Assembly: GCA_022822265.1 (NCBI GenBank)
Contig: JAJECA010000050.1
Span: 152,890-216,889, forward strand
Reading direction: 5' to 3'
DNA: 64,000 nt
Source: Acidimicrobiia bacterium
GTDB lineage: Bacteria > Actinomycetota > Acidimicrobiia > Acidimicrobiales > Bin134
A program made the translations under genes and the position numbers. The notes beneath the pieces were generated by a model. The model was not told the origin of the DNA and did not search any database. It worked only from the letters and a program-made list of their open reading frames with translations. This document shows, piece after piece, positions 1 to 9,646 of this stretch; position 1 is the first letter of the stretch, and every line of letters starts with the position of its first letter.

Positions 1-2
1 GG

Positions 3-275
3 GAACAGCTCGGACTTACGGCGGAAGGCTCGGAATACTTGGAGGATCCAACCCGCGAGCACTTGCTTAGAATTGCCGAGTATCGAATTGTCGGATTCGA
101 AAAGATAGTTCACTGGCTCTCAGAGCGGCCCCACACAGCTCAAGACCTGCTTAGTCGTGCCCAAGATGAGCTAGGGGTCGAGTGGGAGTCACAGCAGCAG
201 ATCCTGTACCGACTTGGATGGCTGGAAGTCTTGGGAGCGGCGAAGAAGTCAGGTAACTCCTGGTCTCCACAGTAA
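3..275 (+). CDS. 3' end of hypothetical protein (5'-truncated by window edge), possibly a winged-helix domain of the type found in restriction-associated proteins
   Basis: Frame is open from position 3 (EQLGLTAEGSEYLEDPTREHLL...LGVEWESQQQILYRLGWLEVLG) to TAA at 273-275. The family guess is weak. Confidence 0.55.
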   Translation, partial: EQLGLTAEGSEYLEDPTREHLLRIAEYRIVGFEKIVHWLSERPHTAQDLLSRAQDELGVEWESQQQILYRLGWLEVLGAAKKSGNSWSPQ

Positions 276-376
276 TTTGCCCCGTGACCGGCCAAGATGG
301 TGGGGACCATTGGCGCAGGCCTTAGTCGCTCAAAGCCCCTCGCGACTCCACCCCTTGGACGTGCCAACCTCATTGG

Positions 377-535
377 GTGTGGCACGAACTGGAAGCAACG
401 GGAGAGATGGACCACCTCTATGTCTTGGGCCCTGGGGCATGGGAAGAACTTGAGACCCATCTTGATGGGCCGCGAGAACCAAATTCGAAGGTCGCGGATC
501 TGCTGAGGCAGGCTTCGATCCTCGAAATCGAATAG
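377..535 (+). pseudogene. DUF1778/TacA-like antitoxin C-terminal fragment (42-52 aa)
   Basis: Manual translation from GTG377 or ATG407: MDHLYVLGPGAWEELETHLDGPREPNSKVADLLRQASILEIE*. Resembles the C-terminal half of DUF1778 antitoxins; no N-terminal RHH part and no GNAT toxin follows. Confidence 0.4.
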
Positions 536-565
536 GTCCTAGTCGGACGCAGCCTGAACAACGGG

Positions 566-1489
566 TCAGCCAAGCCGCTCAAGCTGGCGGCGGAGCCAGT
601 CTTCTCGGTCGGCGGCGTAGCGGTGGGCTATGGCGGATTGGGGGAAGAGGCCTACTCCGTGGGGGGCGCCGGGGTAGACGTGGAGTTCGGTGGGGACGCC
701 GGCGCCGTAGAGGCGCATGGCGTAGATGATGTTCTCGTCTCTGAAGCCATCGGCGCCGCCTACGCAGACGTAGGCCTCGGGGAGGCCGGATAGGTCCTCG
801 GCTCGGGCGGCGGCTGCGGTGTAGGGGACGTTGTCGGTTCCGTAGAGATCACCGAGGTAGCTCTGCCAGCCGAAGGCGTTCGACGCTTTGTTCCAGATGA
901 CCAGGTCTTCCTGTTGGCTGGACGGCGTGATCTGGCGGTCGTCGAGCATGGGGCAGTCTAGGAGTTGGAACTGCAACGGGATCTCGCCTCGGTCCCGGGC
1001 CAGCAGCGCCAGCGCGGCGCAAAGGCCGCCCCCAGCGCTGACCCCGGTGATGCCGATCTTGTCCCGATCAATGCCGATCTCTGCTGCGTTGTCATACGTC
1101 CACTTCAAACCGGCGTAGCAATCTTCCAAAGGACCGGGATAGGGCGTCTCGGGGGCCAGGCGGTACTCCACCGACACGCCTACGATGCCGTAGGTCGGAC
1201 ACCAACGGTCGAACTTGGCGTCGTCCATGTCGTAGGTGCCCCGGATGTAGCCCCCGCCGTGGATGGAGTACACGCACGGCACCACACCCTCCAGCCCCAC
1301 CGGCCGGTGTACCCGCACCACCACGCCGTTGGCCTCGTCCACCACATGGTCCGACCGCTCCACCGCGTCGCTCAGCTCAGGAAACTGGACTGGCAAGCTG
1401 GCCCGAACCTCGGGCAGCAGCGCAGCACTGAGATCACGAGTCGGCACCGTGTGCTTTAGCCGTTCGATCTCCTCGTCCAATAGGACCAT
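566..1489 (-). CDS. Alpha/beta hydrolase fold-3 esterase (HSL/GDXG family)
   Basis: HGGG oxyanion motif, VEYRLAPE, GVSAG nucleophile elbow, D and HG catalytic residues. Confidence 0.92.
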   Translation of the reverse strand: MVLLDEEIERLKHTVPTRDLSAALLPEVRASLPVQFPELSDAVERSDHVVDEANGVVVRVHRPVGLEGVVPCVYSIHGGGYIRGTYDMDDAKFDRWCPTYGIVGVSVEYRLAPETPYPGPLEDCYAGLKWTYDNAAEIGIDRDKIGITGVSAGGGLCAALALLARDRGEIPLQFQLLDCPMLDDRQITPSSQQEDLVIWNKASNAFGWQSYLGDLYGTDNVPYTAAAARAEDLSGLPEAYVCVGGADGFRDENIIYAMRLYGAGVPTELHVYPGAPHGVGLFPQSAIAHRYAADREDWLRRQLERLG

Positions 1490-1532
1490 CGCTGTACCCG
1501 CCTTTCCAGAGGGCTGCTAAGAGAAAAGGCCT

Positions 1533-2462
1533 TCAGCCGATGCGCTCTAACTGTCGTCGGAGCCAGTCTTCTTGGTCGGCGGAATAGCGCTGGGCAATCT
1601 CCAGGTGACCGAACATGGCCACGCCGTGGGGGGCACCGGGGTAGACGTGGAGTTCGGTGGGCACGCCGGCGCCGTACAAGCGCATGGCGTAGGTGATGTC
1701 TTCGTCGCGGAAGCCGTCAGCCCCGCCGATGCAGACATAGGCATCGGGCAGGCCCGACAGATCCTCAGCCCGAGCCGCCGCCGCGGTATAGGGCACATCA
1801 TCAGAGCCGTAGAGATCGCCGAGATAGCTCTGCCAGCCAAAGGCATTCGACTCCCGGCTCCAGATCAGCAAATCGTCAAGCTGGCTCGACGGGGTGATCT
1901 GCCGGTCATCGATCATGGGACAGTCCAACAACTGGAACTGCAACGGCACCTCGCCCCGATCCCGGGCCAACAGCGCCAGCGCAGCGCACAATCCGCCTCC
2001 GGCGCTCACTCCGGTGATGCCGATCTTGTCCCGGTCGATGCCGAGTTCATCGGCATTGTCATAGGTCCACTTCATACCGGCATAGCAGTCCTCCAGCGGA
2101 CCGGGATAAGGCGTTTCCGGTGACAACCGGTACTCCACCGACACCCCGACTATGCCGTACGTGGGACACCAGCGGTCGAACTTGGCGTCGTCCATCTCAT
2201 AGCTGCCCAGGATGTAACCCCCGCCGTGAATCGAATACACACACGGCAGGTCGCCCGTCGCGTCAACCGATCGGTGAACCCGAACCACCACGCCGTTGGC
2301 CTCATCCACCACATGGTCGGCGCGCTCTACCCCATCGCTCAGTTCGGGAAGCTCCCCCAGACGTCCAGCCCGCAACTCGGGCAGATTCTCCGCATTGATG
2401 ACGGCAAACGGCACCATCTCCTTGAGCGGCTCGATTTCCTCGTGCAACGGCACCGTGGCCAT
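1533..2462 (-). CDS. Alpha/beta hydrolase fold-3 esterase (HSL/GDXG family), tandem paralog
   Basis: Same motifs (HGGG, GVSAG, YPGAPHG); collinear with and highly similar to the 566-1489 protein. Confidence 0.92.
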   Translation of the reverse strand: MATVPLHEEIEPLKEMVPFAVINAENLPELRAGRLGELPELSDGVERADHVVDEANGVVVRVHRSVDATGDLPCVYSIHGGGYILGSYEMDDAKFDRWCPTYGIVGVSVEYRLSPETPYPGPLEDCYAGMKWTYDNADELGIDRDKIGITGVSAGGGLCAALALLARDRGEVPLQFQLLDCPMIDDRQITPSSQLDDLLIWSRESNAFGWQSYLGDLYGSDDVPYTAAAARAEDLSGLPDAYVCIGGADGFRDEDITYAMRLYGAGVPTELHVYPGAPHGVAMFGHLEIAQRYSADQEDWLRRQLERIG

Positions 2463-2658
2463 GCCAGCTCCTTCCCAATTCCGGTCTGAATCCCCGGATC
2501 AATCTCAACGAGCAGGCATACTACGCCTCGCGCCCGCTGGCTGCGGCAACGTGGTGTGATGGCGGCCCCAACCCCACTCCCCCGCTGACATAGCCAAAAC
2601 AAACCCGCCCTTCGCTAACCTGCCGGACGATGCTGTGCGCCAACTTCACCAACCCACA

Positions 2659-5010
2659 ATGATCCTCGAGCACCTGCGGGCGATCGAAGTGGGGGGCGGC
2701 ATCTCGGGTTCCTACGCAGGCAAACTGTTGGCCGACGCCGGAGCCGACGTGATCAAGGTCGAGCCACCCGGAGGGGAGCCTATGCGGCGGTGGTCGGCTT
2801 CTGGCGCAGAGTTGGGCGACAAGGACGGGCCGCTGTTCCAGTTCCTCAACACCTCCAAGCGCTCGGTGGTTGGCGATCCGAGCGACCCGGAAATCGCTGA
2901 ACTACTGGCCAGCGCCGACATCCTCATCGACTCCACCGATGAGGGGCTGCCAACCTCAGTTATCGAGTCGGCCCGCAAAGCCAATCCTGCGCTGGTACTG
3001 GTGTCCATCTCTCCGTGGGGGCGAACCGGCCCCTATGCCCACCGTCCGGCCACCGAGTTCACCTTGCAGGCTGAATGCGGCGGCATCGGCAAGCGAGGCA
3101 ACCCCGAGCGGCCGCCGGTGCAGGCCGGAGGCGTCATCGGCGAATGGACCGCGGCCATCTATGCCGGAGTGGGGGCGCTGGCCGCGGCCCGAGCCGCCGG
3201 ACGAAGCGGCCAGGGCGACCATGTGGACGTGTCCATGTTCGAGACGATGGTCATGACCATGAACACCTACGCCTGGATCTCCGCAGAGTTCGCCGGCGAC
3301 ACCAACCCCCAGCGACCGGGCCGAAACGTAGAGCTGCCCTCCATCGAGCCCACCGCCGACGGCCACGTGGGCTTTTGCACCGTGGCCCGCCAGCAGTTCC
3401 TGGACTTCTTGGCAATGATCGGCCGCTCCGATTGGCTGGAGGACGAAGAGATGTGCGGCTATGGCGGCCGCTGGAAGCGACGGGATGAGTTCCGAGCCGC
3501 CATGCACGCCTGGACCACCCAGCGGACCACCGCTGAGGTGATCGCCGAAGCGTCGGCCCGGCGCATCCCGGTGGCTCCCATCGGGACCGGAGCCACCGTG
3601 CCCACCCTGGAGGCATTCTCTGGCCGGGACGCCTTCACCACTAACCCCTCCGGCGGCTTCACCCAGCCCACCGTTCCCTACCAACTGCATGGGGCCGAAA
3701 CCCGACCCTTCGAGGCAGTCCCCGCTGCGGGTGAACACACCGGACAGATCGAGGCCCGAACCCCCCAAACCAACCGCGGCGAACCCGCCGCCCTCCCCCT
3801 GGCCGGCGTGCGGGTGATCGACTTCACCGCCTGGTGGGCCGGTCCCATCGCCAGCCACTCCCTCGCTCTGCTTGGCGCCGACGTGGTCAAAATCGAGTCC
3901 ATCCAGCGGGCTGACGGCATGCGCTTCGCCTCCGCCCGCCCTCCGTCGGTGGACCAGTGGTGGGAATGGGGCATGGTCTTCCACGGGGCCAACACCAACA
4001 AGCGAGGCGTCACCCTCGACCTCCGGTCCCCCGAGGGGGTGGCAATCGCCGAGCGACTCATCGCCGACGCTGATGTGGTGATCGAGAACTTCACCCCCAG
4101 GGTGATGGAAGGCTTCGGCCTCACCTGGGAACGGCTGTCAGCCCTCAACCCGAGGCTGATCATGACTCGCATGCCCGCATTCGGCCTCAGCGGCGCATGG
4201 CGCAACAACACCGGGTTCGCCCAGACCATGGAACAGCTCACCGGGATGGCCAACATCACCGGCTATCCCGACGAGGATCCCCAAATCCCCCGAGGGCCGT
4301 GCGACCCACTGGCCGGCATGCACGCGGTATTCGCCACCCTCACCGCCCTCGAGGAGCGAGATAGCACCGGCCAGGGCCGGCTGGTTGAGGTAACCATGGT
4401 GGCCGCCGCCCTCAACGCCGCCGCCGAGCAGCTCGTGGAGTACTCGGCACTGGGCCGCCAATTGCCCCGGGAGGGCAACCGAGGACCGCGGGCCGCTCCT
4501 CAGGGCGTGTATCCCGCGGCCAGCTTCGAGCGCTGGGTGGCCGTGGCGGTAGCGAACGACCTCCAGTGGAAGGCCCTCTGCAACCTGCTCGACCGCTCCG
4601 ACTGGGCCGACTACGACACCGCCGACAAGCGGCGGGCTGCCGCCGACGCCATCGACTCCGGGATAGCCGAATGGATCGCCCCCCAATCCGACGCCGACGC
4701 GGTGGCGCAGCTGAACGCAGCCGGAGTCCCGGCCAGCGTGGTGGTGCTGCCTGCCGAGATCGGAGACCACCCCCAACTTCGAACCCGCTCATTCATCGAG
4801 CCGATAGACCACCCGGTGTGCGGGGAGGTTTCCGCGGCCAGCCTGCCCTTCCGGTTCGAATCGTCACCCGGTCCCTGGACCAAGACCCCGGCTCCCACAC
4901 TGGGCCAGCACAATCACGAGGTGCTGGCCAGCGAGATTGGCCTCGCCGATGACGAGTTGGCCGAATTGGAGGCCAAGGGCGTCATCGGCACCCGCCCTGC
5001 CGGGCTGTAG
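2659..5010 (+). CDS. Family III CoA transferase (CaiB/BaiF), two-domain fusion
   Basis: Two CaiB-like halves: LLADAGADVIKVEPPGG..NTSKRS and LAGVRVIDF..LGADVVKIES..NTNKRGVTLDL..ENFTP, ending PAPTLGQHN. Start ATG2659 or GTG2635. Confidence 0.92.
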   Translation: MILEHLRAIEVGGGISGSYAGKLLADAGADVIKVEPPGGEPMRRWSASGAELGDKDGPLFQFLNTSKRSVVGDPSDPEIAELLASADILIDSTDEGLPTSVIESARKANPALVLVSISPWGRTGPYAHRPATEFTLQAECGGIGKRGNPERPPVQAGGVIGEWTAAIYAGVGALAAARAAGRSGQGDHVDVSMFETMVMTMNTYAWISAEFAGDTNPQRPGRNVELPSIEPTADGHVGFCTVARQQFLDFLAMIGRSDWLEDEEMCGYGGRWKRRDEFRAAMHAWTTQRTTAEVIAEASARRIPVAPIGTGATVPTLEAFSGRDAFTTNPSGGFTQPTVPYQLHGAETRPFEAVPAAGEHTGQIEARTPQTNRGEPAALPLAGVRVIDFTAWWAGPIASHSLALLGADVVKIESIQRADGMRFASARPPSVDQWWEWGMVFHGANTNKRGVTLDLRSPEGVAIAERLIADADVVIENFTPRVMEGFGLTWERLSALNPRLIMTRMPAFGLSGAWRNNTGFAQTMEQLTGMANITGYPDEDPQIPRGPCDPLAGMHAVFATLTALEERDSTGQGRLVEVTMVAAALNAAAEQLVEYSALGRQLPREGNRGPRAAPQGVYPAASFERWVAVAVANDLQWKALCNLLDRSDWADYDTADKRRAAADAIDSGIAEWIAPQSDADAVAQLNAAGVPASVVVLPAEIGDHPQLRTRSFIEPIDHPVCGEVSAASLPFRFESSPGPWTKTPAPTLGQHNHEVLASEIGLADDELAELEAKGVIGTRPAGL

Positions 5011-5017
5011 CCCTTCG

Positions 5018-6598
5018 CTAGCGAGAACCGGACGATTCTGGCGGGTCAGGGCGGTTGGGTTCGATGCCCAGGGTGGCCGATTCGACGAGCTCCACCAGGT
5101 TGTCCGGATCGCAGTCCATGGTGCCCTGGGTGGCTGGGTGGCGGCGGATCCAGCCGCTGGGAGTGGGGCTCATCAGCAGGAAGCACGGCGACGGGATTCC
5201 CTCCGCGGGATTGGTCGGCCCATGGAGGCCCCGACCATCCCACTCGGTAATCGTGCGCGCCGACTCGATCACCAGCTCTCGAGTAAGTCCCCCTCCACTA
5301 TTGAACATTGCCCGATTGACCGCTTCCTCGAACAGCAGCGCCGACGCCCAACTCGACAGGCCGATCAAGTCCACTTCGGCCTCTTCGTCCACTTCTTCTC
5401 TCAAAAAGAGCACATACCTCACCAACTCGACGTTGTCGCCCGGCTCTTCAAAGGGGAGCATCCCGATGCTCACCCAGAGGTCCGATCCCAATTCGGCAAC
5501 TTCGGCCGCCCAGCTCTGGGAGTAGCAGTCGGCACCGCAGAGGACGAAGGTCGGCCCGTCGGCAGGTTCTTCGACAGCCCCCTCATCCAAAGGCTCCCCT
5601 TGGGCATCGGCGGTGGGCTCGGTCTCGCCAGGCTCGGCATCGTCTGCCTCGTCAGTCTCAGAAGCGTCCTCCCCTGAAGCAGCGAGAGAGTCTTCTTCGG
5701 GCGCCGGGAAATCAAAGGTGGGCAACTGTGCGAACAGGCTGGCCCGAGCTTGGAGCAACTCCATCAGCCGATTTCGGTCGGCCGACCAGGTGATTCCCAG
5801 AACATGGGCTTCCAGCATGGCCGAGGCCAACGCGTCGTAGTCCTCGTCGATCACGTCAGCGGTGGCTTCGAACGCGAAATCGAACCCCCCCGCGGTGGCC
5901 GCCTCGATGTCCCGCTGGGCCCGGTAGAACGAAACCGGCATATCCAGCACCACCGTGCCCACCGAACCCGCGGCATTCGGAAAGCGCTCGCTCAAATACC
6001 GGGCCGGACCGGCCTGCCAAACGGTATTGGAGGTTGGGTTGGAAACGAATGTCACCGGCGACGCCCGCCGGTCCGGGCTCAGTGCGGCAGCCGGGAAGTC
6101 GGGCAGGCGGCAGGACTCATCGTTCAGGATGTCCACCCCGTCGCCGTCGAACAGCGCATAAGACCCCACCAGGGCGAAGATGTCGCTCTCACAGGCCTCC
6201 TGCATGGCGGCCCGGTGGTCGAACACGTTGGCATCGAACAGGACGACCTCAACGTCGCGGCCTCCGAGGCCGCCGCTGCTGTTCACCGCTTGGGCCCAGG
6301 CCCGCATGGCCAACCATGCCGCCTCGCTGCCGCCGGTCACCGCGTTGCCCGTGCTGCTGTCGGCGATCACCCCGATGCGAATCACCTCGTCGCTGACCCC
6401 GGACCGCACCGGTGCGGCCGTCGGACCGGGCACCACCGTGTCCAGAGGCTCAGGGGTGGGGGTGGGGGTGGCCAATTCGGGCGACGACACCTCCGGCCCC
6501 CGGAGATCGGGGGTCTTGCAACCCGCTACCACCATGGCCAAGGCCACCGTCAGCACGAACGGCGCAGTTGCAAACCTGAGGATGCGGGCGAGCCCCAC
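5018..6598 (-). CDS. ABC substrate-binding lipoprotein, branched-chain/Peripla_BP_6-like
   Basis: Lipobox VAGC, GVSDEVIRIG, VNSSGGLGGRDVEV; acidic internal insertion; start inferred at GTG6598. Confidence 0.75.
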   Translation of the reverse strand: MGLARILRFATAPFVLTVALAMVVAGCKTPDLRGPEVSSPELATPTPTPEPLDTVVPGPTAAPVRSGVSDEVIRIGVIADSSTGNAVTGGSEAAWLAMRAWAQAVNSSGGLGGRDVEVVLFDANVFDHRAAMQEACESDIFALVGSYALFDGDGVDILNDESCRLPDFPAAALSPDRRASPVTFVSNPTSNTVWQAGPARYLSERFPNAAGSVGTVVLDMPVSFYRAQRDIEAATAGGFDFAFEATADVIDEDYDALASAMLEAHVLGITWSADRNRLMELLQARASLFAQLPTFDFPAPEEDSLAASGEDASETDEADDAEPGETEPTADAQGEPLDEGAVEEPADGPTFVLCGADCYSQSWAAEVAELGSDLWVSIGMLPFEEPGDNVELVRYVLFLREEVDEEAEVDLIGLSSWASALLFEEAVNRAMFNSGGGLTRELVIESARTITEWDGRGLHGPTNPAEGIPSPCFLLMSPTPSGWIRRHPATQGTMDCDPDNLVELVESATLGIEPNRPDPPESSGSR

Positions 6599-6641
6599 GC
6601 CCTTATCGTCGCACGAATCTGCTGCTATACGGGGTGCGGGA

Positions 6642-7955
6642 TCAGGCCCGGGCAGCCGCGAAACCCTGCTCCAGGTCGGCGATGATGTCGTCCACCGACT
6701 CCAAGCCAACCGACAGCCGCACCAGCCCGGGGTACACACCGGTGCTCACCTGCTCCTCTTCGGTGAGCTGCGAGTGCGTGGTGGATGCCGGGTGGATTAC
6801 CAGGCTCCGCACGTCGCCGATGTTGGCCACATGGCTGTGCAGGGTGAGTGCGTTCACGAACTTCTCACCGGCGTCGCGTCCGCCCTTGATGTGGAAAGCG
6901 GGCACCGAGCCATAGCCCCTGCCGTCGGTGTAGTGGTTCATCCGCTCGTGCCAGGGGCTCGACGACAGTCCGCCGAACTGCACCGACTCAACCTGGTCGT
7001 GGCCCTCGAGGTACTCCGACACGGTCTGGGCGTTGGAGCAGTGCCGCTCCATGCGCAGGCTGAGCGTCTCCAACCCCTGAAGGAAGTAGAAGGCGTTCTG
7101 CGGGGAGATGGCCGCACCGATGTCCCGGAGCAGCTGCACCCGGGCCTTGATGATGAAGGAGCCGTTGCCCAAAGCCGGCCAGAAGGCCAGTCCGTGGTAG
7201 CTGGGGTCGGGCTCGGTGAAGTTGGGGAAGCGGCCGCTGGCCCCGTAGTCGAAGGTGCCGCCGTCGATGATGACGCCGCCGATGGAGTTGCCGTGGCCGC
7301 CGATGAACTTGGTCATGGAGTGGACCACGATGTCGGCGCCGTGCTCCAGCGGGCGGATCAGGTAGGGAGACGGCACGGTGTTGTCCACCATCAGCGGGAT
7401 GCCCTCGGCATGGCCCACCGCGGCGACGCCCTCGATGTCGAGGCAGTCGTTCTTGGGGTTGCCGATGGTCTCGGCGTACAGCACCTTGGTGTTCTCCTGG
7501 ATGGCGTTCTTCCAGGCACCCAGGTCGTCGGGGTCTTCGATGAACGACACCTCGATGCCCATCTTGGGCAGGGTGTAGTGCAGCAGGTTGTAGGTGCCGC
7601 CGTACAGCGACGCGGACGACACCACGTGATCGCCCGACTCGGCCAAGTTCAAGATGGCCAGCGTCTCCGCGGCCTGCCCCGAGGCCATGGCCAGCGCCCC
7701 GGGAATTCCGATGGCGGTCTCGGTGCCACCCTCAAGTGCGGAGAGGCGGGCTTCCAGCACCATCTGGGTGGGATTCATGATCCGGGTGTAGATGTTGCCC
7801 ACCTCGGCCAGCCCGAACAGTGCCGCAGCGTGCTCGGTGTCGCGGAACACATACGAGGTGGTCTGGTAGATGGGCACGGCCCGCGATCCGGTGGCCGGAT
7901 CGGGCTCCTGCCCAGAGTGGATCTGCTTGGTTTCAAAACCCCAGTTTTCGCTCAC
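6642..7955 (-). CDS. metY: O-acetylhomoserine aminocarboxypropyltransferase (sulfhydrylase)
   Basis: [37 protein letters not shown] (PLP Lys), [17 protein letters not shown]. Confidence 0.95.
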   Translation of the reverse strand: MSENWGFETKQIHSGQEPDPATGSRAVPIYQTTSYVFRDTEHAAALFGLAEVGNIYTRIMNPTQMVLEARLSALEGGTETAIGIPGALAMASGQAAETLAILNLAESGDHVVSSASLYGGTYNLLHYTLPKMGIEVSFIEDPDDLGAWKNAIQENTKVLYAETIGNPKNDCLDIEGVAAVGHAEGIPLMVDNTVPSPYLIRPLEHGADIVVHSMTKFIGGHGNSIGGVIIDGGTFDYGASGRFPNFTEPDPSYHGLAFWPALGNGSFIIKARVQLLRDIGAAISPQNAFYFLQGLETLSLRMERHCSNAQTVSEYLEGHDQVESVQFGGLSSSPWHERMNHYTDGRGYGSVPAFHIKGGRDAGEKFVNALTLHSHVANIGDVRSLVIHPASTTHSQLTEEEQVSTGVYPGLVRLSVGLESVDDIIADLEQGFAAARA

Positions 7956-8000
7956 GGCTATTCCCTTTACCTTTCAGAGTTGCCGGGTAGATACTAATGA

Positions 8001-8022
8001 ATTGCTGCCGTTTGGCAGCTAT
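8001..8022. terminator. Inverted repeat between ilvC and metY (possible terminator or operator)
   Basis: ATTGCTGCC-GTTT-GGCAGCTAT (one mismatch); a TAGTAT -10-like hexamer follows on the minus strand before metY. Confidence 0.35.
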
Positions 8023-8040
8023 CGAAGGCCGGCCGGGGGC

Positions 8041-9078
8041 CTAATCCTTCCCTTGGCCTCCGGACACTGCTTGGACGCTCTGGCGGCCCTCGGAGATCCA
8101 GGGCATCATGGCCCGCAGCTCCGCCCCCACCTGCTCGATGGGGTGCTTTTGGCCCTCGGCTTCCAAGCGCAGGAAGTTGGGCCGGCCGCTGCGGCTCTCG
8201 CTCATCCACTCCTCGGCGAACGATCCGCTTTGGATCTCGCTCAGGATCCTCTTCATCTCGGCCCGGGTGTCCTCGTTGATGATGCGGTCGCCCCGGCTCA
8301 AGTCGCCGTATTCGGCGGTGTCGGAGATGGAGTAGCGCATCCCGCCGATTCCCTCCTCGTACATGAGGTCGACGATGAGCTTCAGCTCGTGGAGGCACTC
8401 GAAGTAGGCCACCTCGGGCTGGTATCCGGCCTCGCACAAGGTCTCGAACGCCGCGGTCACCAGCGAGGTGAGCCCGCCGCACAACACCACCTGCTCGCCG
8501 AACAGGTCGGTCTCGCACTCTTCGGCGAAGGTGGTCTCAATCACCCCGGCACGGGCACCCCCGATGGCGTCGGCATAGGCCAAGGCCAGCTCTCGGGCAC
8601 TGCCGGTGGCGTCCTGGCCCACCGCGATCAGGCACGGCACGCCGCCGCCCTCCACATAGGTGCGCCGCACCAGGTGGCCGGGTCCCTTGGGGGCCACCAT
8701 AGCCACGTCTACGCCCTCGGGGGCGGAGATCAGGTCGAAGCGCACGTTGAAGCCGTGGGCGAAGAACAGGGCATCGCCCGCTTGGAGGTGGGGCTCGATG
8801 TGGGCCTGGTAGATATCGGCCTGCTCGGTGTCGGGCAAAAGCAGCATGATGATGTCGGCCTCGGCCGACGCGTCGGCCATCGACATCACCTTCAATCCGG
8901 CCTCGGCGGCCTTGGCGGCTGACGACGAACCGTCTCGCAGCCCCACCCGAACATCGATACCCGATTCCTTCAGGTTCAGGGCGTGGGCATGGCCCTGGGA
9001 CCCGTACCCCAGGATCGCAACCTTGCGGTCGGCGATGTGGGAGCGGTCGACATCATTCTCATACAACACGGTTGCCAT
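8041..9078 (-). CDS. ilvC: Ketol-acid reductoisomerase
   Basis: [58 protein letters not shown]. Confidence 0.98.
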   Translation of the reverse strand: MATVLYENDVDRSHIADRKVAILGYGSQGHAHALNLKESGIDVRVGLRDGSSSAAKAAEAGLKVMSMADASAEADIIMLLLPDTEQADIYQAHIEPHLQAGDALFFAHGFNVRFDLISAPEGVDVAMVAPKGPGHLVRRTYVEGGGVPCLIAVGQDATGSARELALAYADAIGGARAGVIETTFAEECETDLFGEQVVLCGGLTSLVTAAFETLCEAGYQPEVAYFECLHELKLIVDLMYEEGIGGMRYSISDTAEYGDLSRGDRIINEDTRAEMKRILSEIQSGSFAEEWMSESRSGRPNFLRLEAEGQKHPIEQVGAELRAMMPWISEGRQSVQAVSGGQGKD

Positions 9079-9121
9079 TAGTTGTCCTTAAAGTCGGTAT
9101 TGGCTATTGATCTTGTTCTGA

Positions 9122-9646
9122 TCAGGGGGCCAGGGGGTCGGGGGCGGCTTTGACCAGCTTGGGCAGGGCCACCTTGCCGGTGCGCTGCACGTCCACGATC
9201 CCATAGGGTCGCAGAAGGTCCTCGAAGTCATCCACTCGGCTGGGCGATCCGGTGAGCGACACCATGATCTCGTCGTAGCCCACGTTCAACACGGTGGCCT
9301 GGAATATCCGCACCAGATCCAGGATCTGCCCCCTGATCTCCGGATTGGCCCGCACCGTGACCATCATGAGCTCCCGCTCCACGCTGGCTGATGGGTTCAG
9401 CTCCCGGATGTCCACCACGTTGACCAGCTTGTCGAGCTGCTTCACCACCTGCTCCATGGGGGCGGCGTCCACCCCCACCACGATGGTGAGACGGCTGAAC
9501 CGCTCGTCGTCGGTGGGGGCCACCGCCAGCGACTCGATGTTGAACCCCCGGCGGGCGAACAGCCCGGCCACCCGGGCCAGCACGCCGGCCTTGTTCTCCA
9601 CCCGCACCACCAGCGTGGTGGTGCCACCGCCGTCGGCGGCGCTCAT
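9122..9646 (-). CDS. ilvN: Acetolactate synthase small subunit
   Basis: ENKAGVLARVAGLFARRGFNIESL ACT domain; 4-nt overlap with ilvB. Confidence 0.97.
   Translation of the reverse strand: MSAADGGGTTTLVVRVENKAGVLARVAGLFARRGFNIESLAVAPTDDERFSRLTIVVGVDAAPMEQVVKQLDKLVNVVDIRELNPSASVERELMMVTVRANPEIRGQILDLVRIFQATVLNVGYDEIMVSLTGSPSRVDDFEDLLRPYGIVDVQRTGKVALPKLVKAAPDPLAP

Noticed and set aside
297-506. 69-aa ORF from the track
   Set aside because: No recognisable features; the alternative frame 377-535 is more protein-like
6180-7997. Long antisense ORFs (also 11849-13474, 57629-59287, 60293-61615)
   Set aside because: Shadow frames of high-GC genes metY, ilvD, atpD and atpA; no motifs
7956-8040. SAM riboswitch upstream of metY
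   Set aside because: Only 85 nt with one hairpin; no recognisable SAM-I/IV core
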